Of a DNA stretch of 59,611 bases, positions 20,032 to 29,763 are shown piece after piece; position 1 is the first letter of the stretch, and the number at the start of each line of letters is the position of its first letter. The position numbers and the translations under genes were made by a program. Source of the DNA: Candidatus Heimdallarchaeota archaeon (GTDB lineage Archaea > Asgardarchaeota > Heimdallarchaeia > Hodarchaeales > Hodarchaeaceae). The stretch is from the NCBI GenBank assembly GCA_048881705.1, contig JBHLSH010000012.1:1-59611 (forward strand). The letters run 5' to 3'. Below the pieces are notes generated by a model that ran no database searches, was not told where the DNA came from, and was given only the letters and a program-made list of their open reading frames with translations.

Positions 20032-20889
20032 TCAGCGTTTTTTCATCCCTGAAAGTGGTTTCAAGTCACTCACCCAAGCTAGTAATTCTTCATGCAAATC
20101 TGGCGCAGCTACCACGAGCTGATCAAATATAGTATCGGTTGGATGTAGAGTTTTGCCATCAAGATCTGTGAAACGGAGACCCAACTGATCTAGGATTAGT
20201 GCAGCCGCTGCAATGTCCCAGAATTTCCCCTTTCGCCCAATTCCCCAGAAGACTCCCCCATGAAGGGTACCTTGAGCTACCAACATGAGATGTTGGGAAA
20301 TTCCGCCGCCCAAGCGATACGAACGACCTATACTTCCTACAAGATCAGCGACAGCTAGAGTCTGTTTAAGAGGGAAAGGTAACCTAGCTGAAAAATCGAC
20401 AAGGATTCGAGCTTCAGCTATACTACATGTTCCTGGAGGGGGAATGCTTGATCCGTTTAACCAGACCTCACCACTTCGACAAGCAGAATACATCATATCA
20501 GTAAATGGATTATAGACTACACCTGCTAGAAGACCATTTCTATCCCAGGCACCAATCGACATGCAAACAAAAGCAAAATTACCTCGTAGAAACGCCTTTG
20601 TTCCGTCAAGGGGGTCAATAAACCAAACTATCTTATCACCAATGGTACTAAAACCACGTGTTTCTGAATCTCTTTGCGATTCTTCCGCGTAAATTACGTG
20701 GTCGGGAAAATGCATTAGAATATGGTTTGTAATTAGACGTTCACTTTCCAAGTCAAACGTAGTGACAACATCCTCACCCCTTAATCCCTTCCGAAAGATC
20801 TTCAGGTCACTAAAAGACATCATTCGGAGAAAAGAACCAGCCATTCGTGCGGCTTCTTCAGCCACGACGCGTAAGTGTTCAAAATCCAT
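20032..20889 (-). CDS. suhB: Inositol monophosphatase / FBPase (SuhB) family protein
   Basis: DVVTTFDLESE, AEES, WFIDPLDGT, WDIAAA. Start moved to ATG 20889, which follows an AGGTGA RBS just after the roadblock stop. Confidence 0.88.
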   Translation of the reverse strand: MDFEHLRVVAEEAARMAGSFLRMMSFSDLKIFRKGLRGEDVVTTFDLESERLITNHILMHFPDHVIYAEESQRDSETRGFSTIGDKIVWFIDPLDGTKAFLRGNFAFVCMSIGAWDRNGLLAGVVYNPFTDMMYSACRSGEVWLNGSSIPPPGTCSIAEARILVDFSARLPFPLKQTLAVADLVGSIGRSYRLGGGISQHLMLVAQGTLHGGVFWGIGRKGKFWDIAAAALILDQLGLRFTDLDGKTLHPTDTIFDQLVVAAPDLHEELLAWVSDLKPLSGMKKR

Positions 20890-20899
20890 AAAATTCACC

Positions 20900-21304
20900 T
20901 TATACCTCAAGTTTGGAAAGTTCAAACTTTACCTGAGCGCTTAACCCGTCCAAAAATGGCATTACGTTGCCAACCGTTCCTTTATCTGATGAGGCCACCA
21001 AAAAGACGCTTGCTGCAACCGGCGCCACATAGAACTCTCTCTCCCTTGTACGGAAGATTAGGATATTTATCTCTTGATCTGTTCGAGTATGGAAACTTGA
21101 TTTTAACTCTTCGTAAGCGACAAGTCCCAATCCATGGATGATGTCCATTTCATCTGGATTGCATTGCTCACTGGAAAACAACTCGAAACCTTCATCCGAA
21201 ACAATAGAAATACATAGGGGTATTTTGACATCTTTGCTATCAAAAACTTTCTCGACTACTTCAATTGTCTTCTGGGCTCGTTCACTCAATATTACCATTC
21301 CCAA
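20900..21304 (-). CDS. Roadblock/LC7 (profilin-like fold) domain protein
   Basis: 134 aa with pattern helix - ISIVSDEGFELFSS - helix - ILIFRT..EFYVAPV..VFLVASS - C-terminal helix. Confidence 0.7.
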   Translation of the reverse strand: MGMVILSERAQKTIEVVEKVFDSKDVKIPLCISIVSDEGFELFSSEQCNPDEMDIIHGLGLVAYEELKSSFHTRTDQEINILIFRTREREFYVAPVAASVFLVASSDKGTVGNVMPFLDGLSAQVKFELSKLEV

Positions 21305-21743
21305 GAAATCGACTACTATATTGAAAGTTGTATTTTTGACGCATTGAAAAAGATTTGTAATATAAAGATGTAAACCCAGTGGTCGTGGCTAAGCTGTTAT
21401 ATACGAGAAATATTACTTGATATGTCTCTAAATTATCTATATTATTTATGGGGAAAAGCATGTAATGGTAATAGGAAAATGGAAGAAGTTTTGAAATTTT
21501 TGTTTCCAATATGGTGAATAGAAGGTCTGTTGCCTGATTTTGGTCTAGTTAATACGCATTCAAGGTTTTTCTAGATTGAGGAAATCGTTTCGGCTGAGGG
21601 ATTCACCACGGTCGGATACCTCTGACCAAATCCACATGTTAGGTTAATTTCTCTCCCTCTCTGTTGAAAAGGGTTAAAAATGCTATTTTTTTTGGCCAGA
21701 TACTTAGACATCCTCCAGATCTACTGATATAGAGGCAAATCGT

Positions 21744-24700
21744 GTGAAATTTCCGGAATTACAACAAAAACCTGATTTTCCTGCAACTGAAACTGTGATT
21801 TTTGAATATTGGAAACAGAATGAGATAGAAAAAAAGGTCCAAGATTCATCTGCAAAATACCCACCGTTTATATTTTTGGAAGGGCCTCCCACAGCGAACG
21901 GGCTTCCCCATGTAGGCCACCTACTTACCCGCGTTATAAAAGACGTCTATTTAAGATATAAGACAATGACAGGGCACTTCGTTACTCCTCGGATTGGTGG
22001 TTGGGACTGTCATGGACTCCCTGTCGAAATAGAGGTTGAAAAGGAACTGGGTTTGGAAAGTAAAGAAGATATAGAGGCATACGGGGCCGAGAAGTTTATT
22101 CAGAAGTGTAGGGAAAGTGTTCTGCGTTATGTCAAGGAATGGGAGAGTATGTCCACTCGGGGTGGTTTCCATTTAGATATGCCCTCCAGCTATATTACTA
22201 TGAGTGAGGAATACGTTGAGTCGGTCTGGTGGTCATTGAAAACCATCTATGATAAAGGATTACTGTTCAAAGGCTATAAAGTTCTTCCATATTGTACACG
22301 GTGTGGGACATCCCTATCCTCTCACGAGGTGGCTCAAGGATACCAGGAAACGGAGGATCCCAGTATTTATCTCAAGTTCAAGATTAAAAGCGAGAAAGAT
22401 CGTTATTTTCTTGCCTGGACGACCACACCTTGGACTTTATTATCCAATCTGGTTCTAGCAATTGCTGCGGATGAAACGTATGTTGAAATAAATCATGACG
22501 GAGAACGATTGATTTTTGCGAAAGCACTTCTGTCTAGGGTTTTTCCTGATAGTAATAAAGAAATTATTAAAGAATATAAAGGGAACGACCTCCTTGGAAT
22601 GGAGTATGAAGCATTATTTCGGTACACAGCAGATAACAAGACAGGAAAAGCTCATTTTATCGTAGCGGCTGATTTCGTATCAATGGAGGAAGGAACTGGG
22701 GTAGTTCATTGTGCTCCAGCGTATGGACAAGAAGATTACGAACTCTGTAAAGAGATCGGGGTCGAAATGTTCCACCCTGTTTTGGAAAATGGAACCTTCG
22801 TAAAAGATATGCCTGATTTCGGCGGAATGCATGTCAAGGAAGCCGATCCATTAATCACGGAACAGCTAAGGACTGAAGGTAAGCTCCTACGCGAAGAGAA
22901 AATTACACACACATATCCCTTCTGTTGGAGATGTGATTCACCCTTACTCTATTATGCCCTGGAATCATGGTTTATTGGAATGAGCAAGTTAAGGAAGGAA
23001 ATACAAAAACTAAACCAACAAGTTAACTGGAAACCTAATCATTTGAAAGATGGGCGCTTTGGGAACTTTCTTGATGAACTAAAGGACTGGTCCCTTTCCC
23101 GAACACGGTATTGGGGAACCCCACTGCCTATTTGGACATGTGACGAAGGACACGAGTTTGCCATCGGGAGCCGCAAGGAATTGGGGGAGTTGACCAAAGG
23201 GGGATTACCAACGGGATTTTCTCTCCACAAACCAGATGTGGATCGGATTCAGGTTCAATGCCCGAAATGCAAATCTTTGTGTTCCAGGGAGGAATATGTC
23301 ATTGATGCCTGGTATGATTCAGGTTCCGCCTCCTTCGCACAATGGCATTACCCCTTCGAAAACCAAGAGGCATTCAATAAACATTTTCCAATTGATTTCA
23401 TAACCGAGGCAATAGATCAGACTCGTGGTTGGTTTTACTCGCTTCTCGCTATTTCGACCGTGATTTTCGAGCAACCGGCCTATAAAACTTGTTTGACGAT
23501 GGGCCATATCCAAACGGAGGAAGGAAAGAAAATGTCCAAGTCTCGTGGCAACGTAGATTCCCCTGATGTGTTATACGAGAGGTACGGAGCCGATCCCGCT
23601 CGTTGGTTACTGTTTAGTACTCCCACTTGGAACGATGTTCGGTTTAGTTTTAATCTTGTTGAAGAGAGTATGAAGGAGTTTCTCCTCCCTCTTTGGAATG
23701 TCATATCTTTCTTCGTTACATACGCGAATCTGGACGCATATACTCCAACTGATAGGGATTATTTGGTGCCAGTGAATGAGCGTCCACTGATGGATCGCTG
23801 GATCTTATCAAGGTTTCATCACACCTTACAGGATATACGCCAGGCATTTGACGATCTTTCTGTGCATCAGGCAGTTCGTAGTTTACAAAACTTCCTCAAC
23901 CAGGATATGTCAAATTTATGGGTACGACAATCGAGACGACGTTTCTGGGAGAAAGAACTATCACTGTCAAAGAGGTCTGCGTATTCCACGATGTACGAGA
24001 TCCTTACTTCGCTCTCACGTGCGTTGGCGCCATTTCTTCCGTTTTTCGCAGAGGAAATGTATCGAATATTGGTACAGAGCCAGGATCTTGGGTTTGAAAG
24101 CGTCCACCTTGAAGAATACCCTCAAGTGGATAAGCAATTGCTCAAGGAGGATCTGGAGGCCCAGGTGGACATTGTTCGAAATGCGATTAGCGCTGGAAGG
24201 GCTATTCGGGCTCAGAAGAATATCAAGGTTCGCTGGCCTCTGGGACAGGTTGTATTTGTTGCTAATGAGATTGGTAAGCCCGCTCTTACGCGTTTAAAGG
24301 AATTGGTTGTCCAAGAGCTAAATGTCAAGGAAATGATCTTTACTGATGATCCTTTAGCTTTTCAGGAGATTGTTTTTTCTCCAAATTTTGATAAGATAGG
24401 TCCAAAACACAAAGGAAAAGCTAATAACATTGCTAAATGGATGAGGGATCAAAAAGGACAGAATTCCAAAGATATCGCAGATATACTTAATGAACAAGGG
24501 TTCTATAAAGCGAAAATCAATGGAGAAGAGGTTACAATAGAACAGGAGGATTTAGAGATTCGGATCACCGAAAAAGAAGGATACACTGGAGCCTCTTTCG
24601 AAGGGGGTGACCTTTTTCTAAATTTAGAACTCACAGAAGAATTGATCAATGAGGGATTTGTCCGTGATCTTGTTAGGCGCATTCAATCCATGAGAAAAGA

Positions 24701-24914
24701 TCTGCAGCTCCCCTATGATGCGGAAATCGCCCTGAAACTGAAGGTTGACCAACAAACAGCAAGAGTAATCGAAAGTTACTCCACACTTATTAAAACGGAA
24801 GTACTTGCTTCTCAAGTGGAATTCTCGACTTCAGACAAGGGTCTTGTGAAAGAGTGGACAATCTTGGATCCAAAAGGAACAACAAGAGATGTTAAGATCA
24901 ATGTTGTCCAATAA
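21744..24914 (+). CDS. ileS: Isoleucine--tRNA ligase (archaeal/eukaryote type)
   Basis: GPPTANGLPHVGH, GWDCHGLP, WTTTPWTL, GTGVVHCAP, DWSLSRTRYWGTPLP, KMSKS. Confidence 0.98.
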   Translation: MKFPELQQKPDFPATETVIFEYWKQNEIEKKVQDSSAKYPPFIFLEGPPTANGLPHVGHLLTRVIKDVYLRYKTMTGHFVTPRIGGWDCHGLPVEIEVEKELGLESKEDIEAYGAEKFIQKCRESVLRYVKEWESMSTRGGFHLDMPSSYITMSEEYVESVWWSLKTIYDKGLLFKGYKVLPYCTRCGTSLSSHEVAQGYQETEDPSIYLKFKIKSEKDRYFLAWTTTPWTLLSNLVLAIAADETYVEINHDGERLIFAKALLSRVFPDSNKEIIKEYKGNDLLGMEYEALFRYTADNKTGKAHFIVAADFVSMEEGTGVVHCAPAYGQEDYELCKEIGVEMFHPVLENGTFVKDMPDFGGMHVKEADPLITEQLRTEGKLLREEKITHTYPFCWRCDSPLLYYALESWFIGMSKLRKEIQKLNQQVNWKPNHLKDGRFGNFLDELKDWSLSRTRYWGTPLPIWTCDEGHEFAIGSRKELGELTKGGLPTGFSLHKPDVDRIQVQCPKCKSLCSREEYVIDAWYDSGSASFAQWHYPFENQEAFNKHFPIDFITEAIDQTRGWFYSLLAISTVIFEQPAYKTCLTMGHIQTEEGKKMSKSRGNVDSPDVLYERYGADPARWLLFSTPTWNDVRFSFNLVEESMKEFLLPLWNVISFFVTYANLDAYTPTDRDYLVPVNERPLMDRWILSRFHHTLQDIRQAFDDLSVHQAVRSLQNFLNQDMSNLWVRQSRRRFWEKELSLSKRSAYSTMYEILTSLSRALAPFLPFFAEEMYRILVQSQDLGFESVHLEEYPQVDKQLLKEDLEAQVDIVRNAISAGRAIRAQKNIKVRWPLGQVVFVANEIGKPALTRLKELVVQELNVKEMIFTDDPLAFQEIVFSPNFDKIGPKHKGKANNIAKWMRDQKGQNSKDIADILNEQGFYKAKINGEEVTIEQEDLEIRITEKEGYTGASFEGGDLFLNLELTEELINEGFVRDLVRRIQSMRKDLQLPYDAEIALKLKVDQQTARVIESYSTLIKTEVLASQVEFSTSDKGLVKEWTILDPKGTTRDVKINVVQ

Positions 24915-25101
24915 AGGCTCGAGATAAACAAGATTTGGCTATTAATAATCTGTTCCGTGTTTCCTCAAAGTCATGGTACCCCCTCTAATCGCAGCAAGAA
25001 TGCCGAGAAATATATTATGGAAAAACGAATGGAACAAATATCCTTCTTCAACATAATTATTACCTGAATATTAAAGAAAATAATTCGAGGCCAGGTTTTA
25101 G

Positions 25102-26880
25102 ATGGATTCTAATGAGCTACGGAACAAGTACCTTGACTTCTTCCGATTGAAGGGGCACGCTATCATACCCTCAGCTTCTTTACTTCCCGAAAATGATCCG
25201 ACCGTTCTGTTCACTACTGCAGGTATGCATCCTTTACAGATATATTTAATGGGACTGGAAAAACACCCAGCTGGATCTAGGTTAGCAAATAGCCAAAAAT
25301 GTATCCGCACTGGGGATATAGATGAAGTAGGTGATTCTACTCATCTAACCTTTTTTGAAATGTTGGGTAATTGGTCCCTTGGAGATTATTTCAAGGAAGA
25401 AGCCATCGCGATGAGTTGGGAATTCTTAACGGATTCCCAATGGCTTGGCTTGGATCCAAATAGGATTTCAGTTACGGTTTTTGCAGGTGATGAAGAGGCA
25501 CCTAGAGATGACGAATCCGCGGAAATTTGGCGAAAAATTGGCGTTCCTAACGAGTGTATCTATTTCCTTCCGCGTGAGGATAATTGGTGGGGCCCTGCAG
25601 GGGCTACAGGACCATGTGGTCCCGATACTGAAATGTTTTATGACACGGGTAAAGATCCCTGCTCGAAAACCTGCCAACCAGGCTGCAATTGTGGAAAATA
25701 CTTTGAAATTTGGAACGATGTCTTTATGACGTACAATAAGACTGCAGAAGGCACCTATGAGAAATTAGAGCAGCATAACGTGGATACGGGGATGGGAATT
25801 GAACGTACAGTAGCTGTTCTCAATGGAAAGCAGTCTATTCATGAAATTGACACTATAGCTCCAATCGTTGAACGAATCAAGGAATATGCTGAATTAGGGG
25901 ATACTCTGAGTTTAGAGGAAACTCGTGCGCTATACATCATAGCAGATCATATACGAGCCTCTACTTTCATTCTTGGGGATGACAAACACTTAGTGCCTTC
26001 AAATTTAGGACAGGGGTACGTTTTACGGCGTTTGATTCGAAGAATAATTCGCCAGGGCAACATTTTACAGATTAAACAACACTTCCTACCCGAACTAGCT
26101 CGCATTGTTATTAATAGCTATAAAGCTACCTATCCAGAATTGGAACGTAATGAGAGTTTCATTATAAAGCAACTCCGGCAGGAAGAACAAAAATTTACTA
26201 AGGCATTACGGCGTGGATTAAGAAAATTTAATCAGATCTTTGATGAGAAAGATTCAATCACGGGCAGGGATGCTTTTCTTTTGTTTACTTCGTACGGTTT
26301 CCCGCTAGAGATCACAATGGAATTGGCGAACGAAAAAGAGATTGAGATTGATATTGACGCATTTCGCCAGGAATTTGACCAGCATAGAGAGTTGTCGAGA
26401 AAAGCAACTGCTGGAACCTTCCAAAGCGGGCTTTCTGATCATTCTGAACGAACCACGCGCCTGCATACTGTAACTCATCTACTCCAGCAATCACTTCGGT
26501 CGGTGCTAGGAACCCATGTCAAACAGAGCGGTAGTAACATAACTCCCGAAAGAACCCGATTTGATTTCACCCATCCCAAAAAATTAACGCCTGAAGAAAT
26601 AAAGCAGGTTGAGGATTTGGTCAATAAAAAGATCCAAGAAGGGATTCCGGTCATGAGAGAAATCATGTCCCCCCGTGAAGCAAAAAAGGCCGGCGCTCTT
26701 GGATTCTTCGAGGAACGTTACGAAGGCGACGTATCCGTCTATTCTGTGGGAGATTTTTCTAAAGAAATCTGTACGGGCCCTCATGTTTCGAATACACGAG
26801 AAATTGGTCCGTTTAGGATCCAAAAACAGAAGAACATAGGTGCAGGATTAATGCGAATACGTGCTACGGTTGAAGATTAA
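25102..26880 (+). CDS. alaS: Alanine--tRNA ligase, short form (592 aa, no C-Ala domain)
   Basis: DPTVLFTTAGM, QKCIR, HLTFFEMLGNWS, DNWW, GPCGP, EIWN, VDTGMGIER, ADHIR, GYVLRRLIRR; editing motifs HTVTH and CTGPH. Confidence 0.96.
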   Translation: MDSNELRNKYLDFFRLKGHAIIPSASLLPENDPTVLFTTAGMHPLQIYLMGLEKHPAGSRLANSQKCIRTGDIDEVGDSTHLTFFEMLGNWSLGDYFKEEAIAMSWEFLTDSQWLGLDPNRISVTVFAGDEEAPRDDESAEIWRKIGVPNECIYFLPREDNWWGPAGATGPCGPDTEMFYDTGKDPCSKTCQPGCNCGKYFEIWNDVFMTYNKTAEGTYEKLEQHNVDTGMGIERTVAVLNGKQSIHEIDTIAPIVERIKEYAELGDTLSLEETRALYIIADHIRASTFILGDDKHLVPSNLGQGYVLRRLIRRIIRQGNILQIKQHFLPELARIVINSYKATYPELERNESFIIKQLRQEEQKFTKALRRGLRKFNQIFDEKDSITGRDAFLLFTSYGFPLEITMELANEKEIEIDIDAFRQEFDQHRELSRKATAGTFQSGLSDHSERTTRLHTVTHLLQQSLRSVLGTHVKQSGSNITPERTRFDFTHPKKLTPEEIKQVEDLVNKKIQEGIPVMREIMSPREAKKAGALGFFEERYEGDVSVYSVGDFSKEICTGPHVSNTREIGPFRIQKQKNIGAGLMRIRATVED

Positions 26881-26971
26881 GACTTCAATAATTAACACAC
26901 ACGAGATCCGCGCTTATGCTCTAAGATGGTATTCCCCACTACCTACGTCTTCCTGAATTTAAGAGTGTTGA

Positions 26972-27742
26972 TTACTCTACTACGGTGTGAATATAAGGGC
27001 GGATCCCGGATATTAGGGTAAAAGATGAATTAGGGAGAAGTTTCCAGCTCGAAAGAGGTAGGCGATGCGTAATAATCGGTTCCGAACACACTACAACAGC
27101 GGCGGAGAGTTGCGCGTAGTACAGTGTATAATAGGAAGTATCCTGACTGGCCCAACGAACAACATACAGTTCTGAACCATTAGAAAGGATAGTATTGAGC
27201 GCACTGAATGGGACCAGCATTGATTTATAAATCGTGATCATCTGTCTAAAAAGAGTTTCGGGAGGAATGTTTTCCATCCAATTCAGCTTGGAGAGGATAT
27301 GATGAAAAAAGATCTCTGTATCCGAATCGTCCGAATTCAGGGCAAAAGAAGGATTTCTTTCCAGGCTTAATGGATCATATACGGTTCCATTGTGGATAAA
27401 GGCCCAAGAGGTTCCGTTTGCGTTACAAAAGAATGGATGAGTGTTGGGTAATGTACATCCGATTCCTGGACTTGCTAATCGCAAATGACCAAGAAACACT
27501 TTGGGCGGTTTTTCAGCCAGATCCCTAGCTGCAGATTCATATATTGGCGATTGATATGCTGATCCAAGTTGACGTTCCACAGGTACCATCCCTGACCTAT
27601 CTGGGGAACTTTTTGCCATTCCCCATCCATCAACATGACCTCGCTGTCCCAATCGCATTCCAGATTCAGCAAGCTCTTGGAATCCCATCACTAAATCGTG
27701 CCAATTATCAGGTTGACCAAAAATTCCAAGTAACCTGCACAT
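26972..27742 (-). CDS. Class II glutamine amidotransferase (Ntn hydrolase, YafJ/EgtC-like)
   Basis: True N-terminus MCRLLG (Cys2 nucleophile, ATG at 27742), DGWG, GHLRLAS, NTHPF, HNGT, SDTE. Confidence 0.88.
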   Translation of the reverse strand: MCRLLGIFGQPDNWHDLVMGFQELAESGMRLGQRGHVDGWGMAKSSPDRSGMVPVERQLGSAYQSPIYESAARDLAEKPPKVFLGHLRLASPGIGCTLPNTHPFFCNANGTSWAFIHNGTVYDPLSLERNPSFALNSDDSDTEIFFHHILSKLNWMENIPPETLFRQMITIYKSMLVPFSALNTILSNGSELYVVRWASQDTSYYTLYYAQLSAAVVVCSEPIITHRLPLSSWKLLPNSSFTLISGIRPYIHTVVE

Positions 27743-27789
27743 TAACGAAATCACGTTCCCTATCATATGAAGGAAATTTTAAGTTCAAT

Positions 27790-28638
27790 TTATTTGATTT
27801 TTTCAAGGCGATTCGGGGGGACTAGAGGGATTCGCCAATCGTGGTGGGGTGTTCTAACCCCGATCTTGAAAACGATGGGGCCTCGTCGTTTATGCTCACT
27901 TCTGTATAACATTCCTTCAACTTTCTTGATTTCGGCGATATCGAGGCCCAGATTCGCAGATACTTCTCCTGGAGTTTGAAATCGTTCGAGTCCCGAAAGA
28001 ATCAAGTCTAAATTTCTGTAAGATATTCCGATCTCTTCTTCATCAGTCTGTCCTTCAGTTAATCCTGCCGACGGAACCTTTTTCAGTATATTTTGGGGAA
28101 CTTCTAGAGCTTCACCCAATTGATATACGTGAGTTTTATATACGTCTCCGATCGGCAATATGTCCGCAGCACCATCGCCGTATTTGGTGAAGTATCCAAT
28201 CATCAGCTCACTCTTGTTACCCGTCCCGCAGACCAGGCAATTCAATCGGTTTGCATAAAAATACTCAATACTTTGCCGTATCCGAGGTTTTAGATTCATC
28301 CATTCCAAACGTGAAGACTGTTCGGGTTCTCGAATTATGGATGAATATGTTTCAATTATCTTTTGAATATCTAAAATTGTGGGGATCAATCCTAATTCAG
28401 CACAAAATTGGGTCACGTCGTCAAGATCGGATTTTGGCGTACTCGCGCTTGGTAGGAATAGAACATGTACATTTCCGGATCCTAACGCATTGATGGCAAG
28501 TTTTGTAACAACTGCGGAATCAATCCCGCCGCTCAAACCGATTATAACTCCTTCAGCTTCCGCTTCATTGACTCGAACCTGTATAAAGTCTTGAATTAAC
28601 CGAATCGTCCTCGGAATATCGATGGAGGGAAGTTTCAC
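27790..28638 (-). CDS. nadE: NAD+ synthetase, single-domain synthetase subunit
   Basis: GLSGGIDSAV, NLKPRIR, GTGNKSE, GYFTKYGDG, PSAGL..GQTDE, SEHKR. Start set at GTG 28638, which overlaps the upstream stop (GTGA). Confidence 0.93.
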   Translation of the reverse strand: MKLPSIDIPRTIRLIQDFIQVRVNEAEAEGVIIGLSGGIDSAVVTKLAINALGSGNVHVLFLPSASTPKSDLDDVTQFCAELGLIPTILDIQKIIETYSSIIREPEQSSRLEWMNLKPRIRQSIEYFYANRLNCLVCGTGNKSELMIGYFTKYGDGAADILPIGDVYKTHVYQLGEALEVPQNILKKVPSAGLTEGQTDEEEIGISYRNLDLILSGLERFQTPGEVSANLGLDIAEIKKVEGMLYRSEHKRRGPIVFKIGVRTPHHDWRIPLVPPNRLEKIK

Positions 28639-29465
28639 AATCGTCGACTTCCTTTTTCCAAACTTTTGTAAATCCATGGGGGAACATTTCTCAAAGTGGG
28701 TACAAAAGGGCGTGCTCCCCGTGTGGCTTCAGTATCCAAGGGTACGATCCCGAAATCGGGTTCGTCGTACTTCAATTTGAGGATTTGTTGTCCTGTAGCT
28801 GTCCGAATTTCAGAACCCCCCCAGAATATCAAATCGTCTTGAATTCCTGACTGATTGACATATACTAGATTAATAGTGTTTTCCATTGCTCTTGCTGGAA
28901 GGAATGTTTCAAAATATTTTCTACGAACTCCAGGAGACGCTGAAATACAAATACTTGTATGAGCACCAAGGAACGCATGCGCACGGGTTATTTCTGGACT
29001 GAAAATGTCATAACAAATCTGCATGCCAATCCTCCCTAAAGGAGTATCTATAACTCCAATTTCGGTTGCTTCTCTATAGTATCGCTTTTCATTGAAAACC
29101 GAGTGATTAGGAAGTAATATTTTACGACTTTTCCCCAAGTATCCTTTCGGGCCAAAACATACCGCCGTGTTGTAAATTAATCCAGGTAGAGGTTCTTCAG
29201 GCATCCCTGCAATAATATAACAATCATAATTATTGGCGAGTTCTGCCAACCTTTCGCAATATCCTCCTTCTGGGACTGGTTCCGCTAGCGAAAAAATGTC
29301 ATCATGCATTAGATAACCTGTGACACACATTTCTGGAAAAACCAAAAGGGGCTGATCAGATGAAGATATTTCTGGCCTTTTACACACTTCTTCCATTATT
29401 TCAAAGTTTGATTCAGGATCGGCCTGGACAGACCTTACCTGTGCTGCAGCTACTTGAATCTCCAT
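28635..29465 (-). CDS. Carbon-nitrogen hydrolase (nitrilase superfamily); candidate glutaminase partner of NadE
   Basis: Glu-Lys-Cys triad: FPEMCVTGY, KSRKILLP, ICYDIFSPE. Confidence 0.88.
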   Translation of the reverse strand: MEIQVAAAQVRSVQADPESNFEIMEEVCKRPEISSSDQPLLVFPEMCVTGYLMHDDIFSLAEPVPEGGYCERLAELANNYDCYIIAGMPEEPLPGLIYNTAVCFGPKGYLGKSRKILLPNHSVFNEKRYYREATEIGVIDTPLGRIGMQICYDIFSPEITRAHAFLGAHTSICISASPGVRRKYFETFLPARAMENTINLVYVNQSGIQDDLIFWGGSEIRTATGQQILKLKYDEPDFGIVPLDTEATRGARPFVPTLRNVPPWIYKSLEKGSRRL

Positions 29466-29500
29466 CTTCCATCAATCATCCATTAGGGAATTGAGCCCAG

Positions 29501-29514
29501 TTTTTATATATAAT
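29501..29514 (-). promoter_or_regulatory. Candidate TATA box for the nitrilase-nadE unit
   Basis: The minus strand reads ATTATATATAAAAA about 40 bp upstream of ATG 29465. Confidence 0.35.
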
Positions 29515-29763
29515 CGGCATTTTATGTCATCTCATGACCATTAATCTAAATTACGTTTTGAATTCATTATTTTCAATATCTCCTATAAACCAACCATTGA
29601 TTATCGTTGATGTTATCCGAAAATTTGGTGCAAAGAGAATCTAAAAGACCATTCCAGCTGGAAAGAACTGTCACATTGATGTTGAAATTACTTCATTTCA
29701 AGAATCCAGTCGTTTTTAATAGATACCTTCGTTTTAATGACCTCAAAGAACCATCCGAATATT

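Noticed and set aside
21282-21509. 75-aa minus-strand ORF upstream of the roadblock gene
   Set aside because: It has an AT-rich, non-protein-like composition, overlaps the roadblock start, and lies in the divergent promoter region.
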